Shown here in pieces: positions 1 to 10,284 of a stretch of DNA of 38,196 nucleotides. Under the pieces are notes generated by a model. The model did not search any database. It was given only the letters and a program-made list of their open reading frames with translations, and was not told the origin of the DNA. Each line of letters starts with the position of its first letter. Positions within the stretch are counted from its first letter, which is position 1. This stretch comes from Proteromonas lacertae (lineage: Eukaryota), in NCBI GenBank assembly GCA_002245135.1, contig NGBS01001216.1:1-38196 (forward strand). Direction: 5' to 3'. The translations under genes were made by a program, and so were the position numbers.

Positions 1-702
1 CACTAAACCAAACTCTACCAAATGGATCTGTATATTTCAAATAAGCTAAATAAATATAATTATCACTTCCAGTACCAGTTTCAATATCAATCTTTTGTGT
101 ATTTCACCTTCTAATTCATCACAATCGCTTGTTGCCATATATCCATAAGCACATTTCTCTATATATAATATAATATCAAATATATACTCATTGAACAATC
201 ATATCCAGTATATTCTTCATCACAAAAACATACATGAGATTGATCTTTATCCAAAATTTATAACCTTTTGTATCTTCTTTTTGGAAATATTGAGTTCCTT
301 CATTATCTAAATATCTAGTTGCAGTACATACACCATGACCACTACAGCCATTAGGACAAGTAAGTCTTCCACAATTTGCTCCTTCATATCCTTTGTGACA
401 CACACATAATCCACTTGCTCTATCACATTCACCTTGTCCACTACATTCAAGATAGTTATGATCTTGGCTTTTTTAGTTTGATCTCAAAACTTGGATCAAC
501 ATAAGGCATACCATAAGGACAAGTTCCTATTATCAATAAATTAATTAGATTAAATACTTAAAGAACAATCACCTCCACTGTATGTTGGATTACATGTACA
601 AGTTCCAGCTTTAGTGCATGTACCATGTCCACTACAAACGTTTGGGCATAATGCTCCATACACTATAGCCACACTTATTGCTAGTACAAGCAGATATTTC
701 AT
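1..702 (-). CDS. Secreted Cys-rich EGF/tenascin-repeat protein, mastigoneme (SIG1/OCM)-like; 3' end runs out of window
   Basis: ATG at 702 gives signal-peptide-like MKYLLVLAISVAIVYGA, then CPNVCSGHGTC...CNPTYSGGDCSLRTCPYG, ECSGQGECDRASGLCVCHKGYEGANCGRLTCPNGCSGHGVC. GT-AG introns at 557-527 (31 nt) and 187-159 (29 nt). Apparent frameshifts near homopolymers. Confidence 0.8.
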
Positions 703-791
703 ATTTTAATAAAATTACGATGAAACGAATCAAACTTTTATGGTTTATTTTCATTTATTTTTCAAACACCCAAATCAGTTTTTATTTTTTT

Positions 792-1604
792 ATGAAGGAA
801 TACAAAGAGAATAAGAAAGCAAAATATACTAAAGCACAAATAAGAGCTGAAGAGGAGAGAATAGAAAGAGAAAAACAATGTTTTAAAACAGTTTTCGATA
901 TGATTGACATAAATAAGAAGGGTATGATGATTTTATAATAATTAATAAAAGGTTATATTAATTTAAACGATATTGGATATACATTGGTGAGATTGAAGAT
1001 AATGGAACAAACAAGTTTTCTTCTTACATATCTGAAAAAGAAGTGGTTGAAGAGTGATAAAGATTCACTCTCACTTGAGCAATTCACAGAAATGATAAAA
1101 CAGACTAGAGTGTTATATCAAAAACATCCAGATTCTGAGACAATCAGATGGATTGCATGCCTTACTTTATTGTAGATACTATCAAAAGACATTATGTATA
1201 TTGATATCTCTTCATCTAAATAGATTACATCAAATTCTGCTCGAAATGATATAGAAGATCATCAATTGACGGAATATTTTAGTAATTTATTTGACTATCC
1301 AAATGTACTAGAATCAATGTTTACTGAACCAAAGGTGGAAGAACTTTTTGAATATGATAAAGAAAATCCACCAAAATATATATTCCCTGTAGGTCCTGAA
1401 TTACATAGACCAGCTCATTTAATTCCACATACTCCAGAATATATACCAACTCCACCTAATGAACAGTCATTCAATGATTTACGAATATCTCCAAGAAAAA
1501 GGAATACTAAGATTAGTCCAAGACATTTACAACCAATTAATAGTAAATATCCTCAGAAGAAGAGTAAAATTAATCCAAAATATGTAGAAACTTGTGTGTA
1601 TTAA
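792..1604 (+). CDS. EF-hand-containing protein, multi-exon
   Basis: Removing intron 922-951 (30 nt) gives VFDMIDINKKGYINLND, an EF-hand loop. Further introns at ~1147-1175 and 1196-1223 link to ORF 1266-1604. Confidence 0.7.
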
Positions 1605-1750
1605 TAATATTTAATTCATTTAGTTGTATATTTATCATATGTATTTTATATTTCAATAAAAACACATAATTCAATAAAGAATAAAAGATTATTTTATTTC
1701 AATTTATTATTATCTCCTATTATGTCGAAATGAATATAATTATTATTAAT

Positions 1751-2264
1751 TTATATGATATTACTGTAGTGATGAAGTTACTAGTCTCTCTTTTCAATGA
1801 TTCTTTTTGTTTCTTCAGTCAATCTACCTTCTCTATATTCATTATTAATTTCAAGCTAATTTACGTCCAGCTGGTGACATTATACCTGGTCCTTTAGGGC
1901 TATACAAACATAATAATAATAATAATATATACGAGTAAATGGTGGTAATCCAGCTGCAATTTCATCTTTCATATATGCTTATATTCTGCAGAAATACTAC
2001 CATTCATATATGATTGATTAACTTGATTTAATATTCGAGCTGCTGGTGATAATGCATCAAATATTCCACTTGATAATGAATTATTAGTGGTGTTGGTATT
2101 AGATAATTCACTACGTCTATTTCTATTTCTACTACTTAAATTACTCTATTAATAAAAATAATAAAATATATATTTATACTCTTGTTTCTTCATCTCCATC
2201 TAATGATAATTGATTGAATGATGTAGACAATTCAATATCATCAATAATATTAGGAGGAGGTGGT

Positions 2265-2298
<34 letters not shown>

Positions 2299-4233
2299 TT
2301 AAACTATTTACACTACTACCATAAAAACCATCTAATGAATGATCAAATAATTCACTATTATTCATATCATCCATTTTGAATTCCCATTGGATATTATTTC
2401 CATCTTCAGATAATGATGTTGATGATGTATTTATACTATGATTATAACCAGCTTCAAAGGCTCTTAACATTAATTGTTTATCTCTTTCATTGATTCCTAA
2501 TCCTTCTAATGATTTGAGATATTCTTTAGCTTGTTTAGAGAGTTGTTTGTTATATTATTATTATTTCCTTTGATAGATAAAGAGGAAGAAGAAGAAGAGG
2601 AGATTGATATATTCTGTTGTTGATATAGTGATTGTTGTTGTAAAGGTGGAGGTGGTGGAGGTTGTTGTTGTTGTTTTAATCCTCTAGAGAGTGATGGTAA
2701 TTTTGTATTAGTAGTTGTTGTAGTAGTAGAAGACACAGAAGATGATGATATAATTGGATTATTATTATTATTGAGTATAGGAGGTGGCATATTAGAATAA
2801 AGTGATGAAGATGAGGATGAGGATATTAATGGTGAGTTTGATGGGATTTGAGATGATAATAACATATTATTATTACTATTATTAGTTGATAGTGGTTCAG
2901 GGATATTTAATGATGCAGAATTGGATAAATCAAATGAATTTGTATTTGAATGGGATGAATTATTATTGAGTTTATTACTATTTGAATTATTATTATTATT
3001 ATTGGAGGATGAAAGTAGTAGATTATTCCCTGTAGCTGTTGAGGATGATAATAATAATATATCTGACTGTAAAGAAGATGCTGAAGCCATTGAAGATGAT
3101 GTTAATGGTTGCTGTAATAGTTGAGATGGTTGTGAAGATGAAGATGATGATGATGATTGATATTTTTTCTCTTCAATATTCATCGATGGAATAATCACGT
3201 TACTTGTCATGTTATTAATATCATATAATGTAGCTGATGGTATTGGAATTGGAGGTGAAGGAGGTATTGATTTAATATGAGGAGCATTTGGACCTAAGGA
3301 TTTCAATAAAGTTGGTCTCTTTGGTAATGATTGAGTTAATGGATCTGTTGTATCGATTGGTGGCAGCTCTGCTAAATTCTTCTTTGTTTTTATTGGTCTA
3401 GGTTTGATAGGTTCAATACAATTGAATTGTGAATCTTGTTCAAGTTTATTCTGTAGTTTCTTTCTCATTGCAGAGTTCCAACGGTTTTTTACTGCATTTT
3501 CACTCCTTCCTGGCATCATTTTAGCTATTTCACTCCATTTATTACCATACTGTCGTTGTAATGAGATTAATTTCAAATCTTCATCACTAGTCCATTCAGA
3601 TTTCTTCACCGAAGGATCTAGATGGTTAAACCATCTTTCTCTACATTGTTTGCCTACTCTTCCTGGAACATGAGCAGCTATATCACTCCACTTTGTCATT
3701 CCTTTCTTTATACACTCTACAATCATCTCATCTTCTTCTTTAGTCCAAGGACCTTTTATTAAACCTGATTTCATTATTTTCTGATATCTTTGATAACATT
3801 GAGTTTCTGAATGTCGACCTCCAAAGTATTCCTCTGATATTCTTCTCCAATTCTTTGTACCTAACGCTTTTACACCTTCCCGTAATGCTTCATCCTCTTC
3901 CCTTCTCCATTTCGTCTCAACTGGGATTTCTTCAACTTCCTCTGCCTCTTCCTCACCTTCTAAATAGCCATCTTCACCTCCTAACCGTCTAACACTCCTT
4001 TTCAAATCTGGGGTCTCATACATCGGTAATCCAGTCACAGATTGGTTCATGGGATTTTTTCTTGCTGATCTTTTTGGCTGAACACCAATAACTGGTGCAG
4101 ATTTTGAACTCTGCATTACCGGCTTTTTAAGAACCGGAATGGATTCAAATGAACCATCAAGAGAGGAAGTAGGATGAACTTGACGTTTTCTAGCTACAAA
4201 TTCAGTAGAGTTGTCCTCATAATAGTTCATCAT
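1751..4233 (-). CDS. MYB3R: R1R2R3-Myb transcription factor with long N/S/Q low-complexity C-terminus
   Basis: Three Myb repeats (KWRREEDEAL..NWRRIS; KGPWTKEED..GRVGKQCRERWFNHL; EWTSDED..GRSENAVKNRWNS). Continues via an apparent frameshift (~2530-2560) into ORF 2174-2470, then intron 2179-2146 and further short exons. 3' end approximate. Confidence 0.88.
2268..2297 (+). repeat. (TTA)n microsatellite encoding poly-Asn in the Myb gene
   Basis: About 10 perfect TTA units; further AAT/GAT/GTT runs at 2580-3160. Confidence 0.85.
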
Positions 4234-4596
4234 ATGATTTTAACCTTTCCTCTAATTTAAAAAAACAAGAAAAGTTTAATTGGTTCAAAATAGAAACAGC
4301 TCTAACTCAGATCGTGTCATTCAAATTCAAAAAATAGACAGTTTGAAGGGTTAGTTATGTAATACTCGCATTTTATATGGTATTTACTCATATATATAAG
4401 ACATTTTAGAAAATAAGACAGAAATATTTTCTCAATTGTTTTTAAAAAATCTATAATATGTGATGTAAAACTCAAAACCGTCTTTAATTGCAATATTATT
4501 TGTAAAATTGAAAGACTAAGTCTATATCAATCAATCTAAAATTAATCATTTACTCACAAAAGTTTATCTATCTCATTTTAGACTTTATTTTGCAAA

Positions 4597-4668
4597 GGCC
4601 AGCTGGTCTAGTGGTATGATTCTCGCTTCGGGTGCGAGAGGTCAGGGGTTCGATTCCCCTGTTGGCCC
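4597..4668 (+). tRNA. tRNA-Pro, anticodon CGG
   Basis: Acceptor stem GGCCAGC/GTTGGCC; D-arm TGGTCTAGTGGTATGA; anticodon stem CTCGC-ttCGGgt-GCGAG (CGG at 4629-4631); T-arm AGGGG-TTCGATT-CCCCT; no intron. Confidence 0.97.
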
Positions 4669-4670
4669 AA

Positions 4671-4676
4671 TTTTTT
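4671..4676 (+). terminator. RNA polymerase III oligo-T terminator of tRNA-Pro
   Basis: TTTTTT 2 nt after the discriminator base, followed by more T runs. Confidence 0.8.
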
Positions 4677-4859
4677 CTTTTTTATGTTTCATTATTTTCT
4701 TTTTTATCTACACATTCAATTACATTTTACAACGCATTCTTCTGCCACTTTGTACTATATCCCCCCATCTTTATAATTATACCTATAATTATGTTGTACT
4801 GAATCTGATTGAGTTAGAATGACAAAAAATAATTAACTTCTAAAATAATCGAAAAATAG

Positions 4860-7141
4860 ATGTATCGTCCTAAAATAAAGTCCTATCATAAGTTGTACGT
4901 TATAAATAAGTTTATTTATCTATAGAGAAGCTGTAGATTCACTTCGTTCGTTGAATTTTTCTGTATTAGACACTTATTCTGAAGAACAATATATGTCACC
5001 TATTGATATATTAGAAGAACCTCAACAAACAACGTATAGTATAGTTATATCGTTTTAGATCTCATTTTCGGACACTTACATTGATTTTGAGAAAATTCCT
5101 TTATGGTCCATCCTCTTGGCTTTTAGTTGCTTTTATTGGTATTACTAGTGGTATATTTGGTATTACATTCACCTCATTGTTGAATATGATGTGGAGGATA
5201 AGAAATACATAGTATTTTAACCATTATTTTATCAATACAATAGTTTCACAGATAAACTATATAAATTAATATTATGGGCAGTTGGTTTTGCCTTCTTAGG
5301 TTCATATATATCAGCCAAAATCTCAACTGATGTATATTATTCATCTATTTTTAACATATTAATATCTATTATTATAGATCAATGGTTCAGGAATACCTGA
5401 AATGAAAATCATCATCTCAGGAGTGCACAAACCTCAACCATTAACATTAGCAGCATTAGTTGGTAAAATATGGGGATTACTATGTTGTCTCACATCAGGC
5501 ATGTCAGTTGGTCGTACTTGCCCTTTCGTACATATCTCCTGTATATTTGCTAATCAATATATGACATTTCCATTTTTCAAATCTATACATGAACATCATG
5601 GAAGATTAAAAACACAAATATTAATAGCAGCAGCTGCTTCTGGATTGGCTGCTGCTTTTGGCACACCATATGGGGGTGTGATTTTCGCAATTGAATTGTC
5701 CTGTTCATATTTTCAGGTAAATAACTTATGGAGGACTTATTTATGTTCATTTATGTGTATTTTGATTTATACAACTGTTGATTCTTTTACCAGTTTTCAT
5801 GCTTTTAATCGAACTTTTTTCCCAAAATATGAAGTTGATAAATCAATTTTTGTGTATTTGTTAGCAGGAGTTATATGTGGATTTTTATCAGTTTTTTTTG
5901 TGTATAAACTAATATTCATTATATATATATATATATATATAATATATCAAAATAGGTATTGTGTAAATTTCTTATTTATACTTCGGAAAAAGGTCTTAAA
6001 AATTGTCAAATGGAAATTTCAAAATTATTTAGAATGTTGTTTTGTAGCTGCAATAACAGCAGTTTTCGCATATTATTACCCCATATTTAGACGTCCTGAT
6101 AGTGTATTAATTAATGAATTCTTCAGTAATGAAACACTTTCACATTTTGACACAGTAAGTTGGAAAGAACACAATACAATTCCAAAAATTATATTTTATA
6201 TAATTGTCAAATTCGGTTTAACCGTCGCTGCTATTGGTTTACCCATTCCCTGCGGTTTATTCGTTCCTTTATTAGCTATAGGTGCAGGTATTGGTAGATT
6301 AATTGGTGAATTATTTCAACATTATCAGAATGATGTTCCTGGTGCTTTTGCTGTTGTTTCTGCTGCTGCTTTTGCTTCAGGTTGTACTCAGACTATTGCT
6401 CCTGGTATTATTATTATAGAATTAACTGGTCAAAATAATGAACTATTTCCTGTATTATTAGCTGTGTTGGTTAGTTATACTATTGCTGAAACTGTAACTA
6501 AATCAATATTTGATGTGCTGATATATTTTAAAGAAGATCCTTGTTTACCTTTAATTCCTGCTGAATATTTAATTAATTATACAGTTGGTAAAGTACAGAG
6601 TAGACCTGATCACTTTTTAACACCGAAAAGCACTTATGCTGAAGCTGAAATCTTATTAAAATATCTTAAACCAAACATTTCTGGTATTCCAATTGTTACA
6701 AATGAACAAGAAATGATTTTGATTGGTTCAATATCTGTTAATTCTTTGAAGTATATGGTTGAAGCAATTAAAATGCAGGATTATGAATTTACTGTATCTG
6801 AAATGCCTTGGATTTTGAATTATTTTAAACCACTGAAAGATATATATTTAAAACAATCTGAGTTGTTTCAATATGATAAATATGTAAAAGAAAATTTTGT
6901 TACAATTAATGATAAGATTGCACTTCCATGTCCTATTGGTTATTCTATTAGAACACCTCTTGCTGTTGATATTTCTCCATATACTGTTTTTGCTGTTGCA
7001 CCATTATTGAAAGTGTATTTTATGTTTTCATCTGACTTTTGCTCAAGATTGTATGTAACTGAACAAGGTAAATTAATAGGTGAAGTAGATAAAGCAAATT
7101 TATTTAAGTTTATAAAGGAAGAATTAAAAGATGTCGCTTAA
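4860..7141 (+). CDS. CLC: CLC-family chloride channel with C-terminal CBS domains
   Basis: GSGIPE (5384-5401), AAAFGTPYGGVIFAIE, PCGLFVP, CBS-like IPIV...IGSIS and LYVTEQGKLIGEV. Introns at 4895-4925, 5034-5058, ~5212-5243, ~5332-5377 and 5902-5955. Confidence 0.93.
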
Positions 7142-7364
7142 TAATTATAATTTATTTTTCATTTTGTAATGTACTTTTTTTTATATTTAATAAAATAGAA
7201 AATTGTTTTTTTTGTATTGTTGTTTAGCCTACACATAACTATGCTACATATATAACATACACTACTTTTTTAAATTATAAAATATCTATTTTTAAATAAC
7301 CCACTAATTTATCTAAAATAGCAAGTTATTAACACCTTCTTAAATCACTAAAATTATTTTGTAG

Positions 7365-8047
7365 ATTATGTCAACCACTCAGAAGATTACTAACTATCAT
7401 TCAAGATCAAATTGTTCAAAAGGTACAAATATAAAAAAGAAGAGCCGAGGAATGATAGTATCAGCACATCAGAGTAATAAAGATAGTAAGTGTGTTTCAA
7501 TTAAAAATTCTGATGAATAGAAGGAGAGTATGATCATATAAATAAAATATTATTAGATGTTATGCCATATAATGCTACATTCATGAATGATTCAAGAATG
7601 AAAAATAAATCTGTATTTTGAATGAGTATTATAACATAGTCAGTTGTATATTCAGAAGGAGTAGATTTAAGCATGACTTTAGAAGATTTATCAGTTGATT
7701 ATTCTCCTTCGTTGATATTGAAAGTGAATGATAATCCAAAATTAAAAGAAAAGGCTAATATAAGTTTAGAAGAGTTTAAAAATATAGTTAAAAATGGTCC
7801 TCCGTCATTAGATTATATATATTCAGAAGGAATATCTGATAAATCTGTAGCTTATTCATTGCTTGAACCAGATGGTAGAAAAGCACATGTATCAATAAGA
7901 TTACATGAAAGACCACAGAAGATTTATGGATATTATTATGGTAAAAGAGTTGTTAATAAGATCATAAGTGAAGATTATGCTGATGAATGGCTAAAATTAG
8001 CTAAAATGACAGAAAGAAAATTACCTCATATCTTGATTAATACTTAA
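7365..8047 (+). CDS. Hypothetical multi-exon protein; start not resolved
   Basis: ORF 7673-8047 extends upstream through GT-AG introns 7613-7639, 7528-7556, 7486-7520 and 7423-7458 in a consistent frame (LLTIIQDQIVQK-YQHIRVIKI-KE-NVMPYN...). No family recognised. Confidence 0.55.
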
Positions 8048-8130
8048 AACACAAATGGTTATTTTTATTGTTTATACTTTCTCTTTAATACATTTTTTTC
8101 GATTAAAACAAATTCATAAAATTATAAAGA

Positions 8131-9475
8131 TTATAAATATTTTGAATAAAAATAAATTAATTGAGGGATTGATGTATGAATTTTTGAGTTCTCTCCAATA
8201 AAGTTAATAGTACAATCATCAAGCACTTGTATGGATAAATTATATCTATTTTTATTCATTTCTCCATTACAAATCTTTAATCTCTTAGAAGGACTTATTT
8301 GTATATTTCGTTTTATGCTGTTTGTTATCATATGATTGTTACTAACTTTTATATTACTTGATATTATCGGTTGGATAGAATTACTTTCTGATAATTGATT
8401 AATTTGTTTGGGTAATATTTTTATGTTTTTTGATTTTTGTTTCTTTTCATTTGTTTTACTTTGATCTAGTTTATCCTACTGAGATTTAAATTCTGACATT
8501 ATTAATGGAATTAATTCAGGATAATTATTTACATAAAATTGATATTCTATATGATTTCTTTTTTTATCCAAATCAGCTAAATCTAAATACATCTGTTTAT
8601 CAATTGCCTTTAATTTGTTCCAAGATTTTTTAACACTTTTATTGATTGCATTCTGGTTAATTAAATCAACATTACATTCTCTATTTAGCTCATACTCTTT
8701 ATGATATTTTTCATAATGTTCAAATGGAGTTAATGATGGTGTTATGGTATTTTCTAGTTTATGTTTATACTTACAACAGTTTTAAATGTTTGAAATAAGA
8801 ATAAAATCTTGAATAATGTTAATCTCAGTATAATGCAAAGTAAAATAGTAATGAAATAAGAAATGATCATTACTATTTGTTATTATTTCCAACTATTTCT
8901 AACAATAATTTGGACTTTCTATCAAAACCATATGTTTTATTGATAATTAATGACCATATTTTCATTAAATCATCTGAAGGCTTTTTTCTATATTTCTGTA
9001 GGTAAAGTAATATAAATTAGATTGTAATTCACAAACAGTATACTCATTATTTTGATTATGGACTATTTTACACACTCTACTTCCATCAGATAATATTATA
9101 GTGAAATTAATATCATAATAATAGGATTTTACTAATTAGTATAAGAATTTAACAAATACATATTTGAATATATTCATCATAACTCAATTTTCCATCTGAA
9201 AATTTGTAACGAATTAAACTGCTTGATATAAGTAAACTGTTAACTTGGACTTCCATAATTAGAATAACAAACACTCCATTTTACCCAATCCAACCGATTT
9301 TGATTTGCTAATGATTATCTATAAAATAATATAACAATTAGAATGTTCATTACACTTGTTCTATATTAAAAATCAGACAATGATCTTCATTTGACTGTTT
9401 GGAGCTTAAATCGGTATACAATATTTGATAATCAACTGAATTATTAAAATTAAAGTTTAAAAACACTGAGTCCAT
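8131..9475 (-). pseudogene. HMG-box protein gene, copy A, frameshifted upstream of the HMG box
   Basis: PSLTPFEHYEKY...INKSVKKSWNKLKAIDKQMYLDLADLDKKRNHIEYQFY (HMG-box pattern, ~8530-8740); ATG 9475 (MDSVFLNF..). A 38-nt deletion relative to copy B at ~8881 gives an early TAG. Confidence 0.65.
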
Positions 9476-9576
9476 AAGTGTAGAGCATAGTTTAAGAAAA
9501 AAGAATTTTGATGGTAATTTAGTCAATTTGACATTTAATTACATTTTTATATTTTGTCTTATCTCGGTTGTTTTCA

Positions 9577-9618
9577 ATGATTATTAAAAGTGAAATATGT
9601 AAAAATGAAGGGCATATA
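9577..9618 (+). pseudogene. Orphan first exon of the BTB gene (MIIKSEICKNEG), truncated
   Basis: Matches 30754-30796; donor is GC instead of GT, and the sequence then switches to the kinase fragment. Confidence 0.75.
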
Positions 9619-9634
9619 TTAAGTTCCAATGTAA

Positions 9635-9888
9635 TTATCTTCATTAAATGGTAATTTCTTACAAATCATTTCATATAATATACATCCAATTGACCAAATC
9701 ACACTTTTATCATTACATTCATATCCATTCAGTTCTTCTGGGCTTTTGAAATTCACATCATACAATCTCATATCTTCATCTTTTCTCAATACATTCAAGA
9801 ATAAATCACATAACTTTATACTACTATCATCTATTATTACATTGGAACTCTTTAAACTATCAACTACTAAATCATACTTATTCAACAA
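9635..9888 (-). pseudogene. Internal fragment of the pseudokinase domain (subdomains VIb-IX)
   Basis: Near-identical to 12908-13157 (YDLVVDSLKSSN...KKLPFNEDN); no start and no flanking exons. Confidence 0.85.
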
Positions 9889-9891
9889 CAC

Positions 9892-10215
9892 TTATTATAA
9901 AAATATGTGCAATTCAATTAAAGTATCTGGTCCACTTGACACTCCATAAAATATTTTCAATGGTAATCCTTTTGGTCTGATTTTAGAGTAATCCATACAA
10001 TCTTTACCAAAGTAAGCATCTAACATTTTGATTGTTATTTTTACTCACCCTTCCCTACTATTTGTATTTCATTTTGGCTTTTTGTATCAAATCCTACACC
10101 AAATCAAAACATTGAAATATCCATTAAAAATTCAAATAGCTGGTGAGTTTTTATCTATTTTTTCATTTTGTTTTTACTCATGTCATACTGGTGTTTCTGA
10201 TGGAAGTATTTCATA
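9892..10215 (-). pseudogene. Degraded gene 3' remnant (weakly SPRY-like); diverged versions at ~16291-16700 and ~22767-23170
   Basis: GVGFDTKSQNEIQIVGK, a 29-nt GT-AG intron, then DAYFGKDCMDYSKIRPKGLPLKIFYGVSSGPDTLIELHIFL*; stops upstream. Family assignment is weak. Confidence 0.35.
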
Positions 10216-10284
10216 TTATAAACTAGATCGTACATTTTATCAAAAGATCAATTCAAAAATTACAAATATATTAACAACAATAAT

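Larger units (their letters stand above)
8102..9618 (+). repeat. ~1.5-kb direct repeat, copy A (HMG-box gene plus first exon of BTB gene)
   Basis: Aligns with 29254-30796 from attaaaacaaattcataaaa to aaaaatgaaggg, with scattered substitutions and several indels. Confidence 0.95.

Noticed and set aside
2506..2560. Programmed frameshift or two separate genes at the Myb C-terminus
   Set aside because: The shift lies in low-complexity A-rich sequence, and similar indels occur throughout the window; a consensus error is more likely.
4616..4822. 68-aa ORF
   Set aside because: It overlaps the tRNA-Pro gene and its T-rich terminator.
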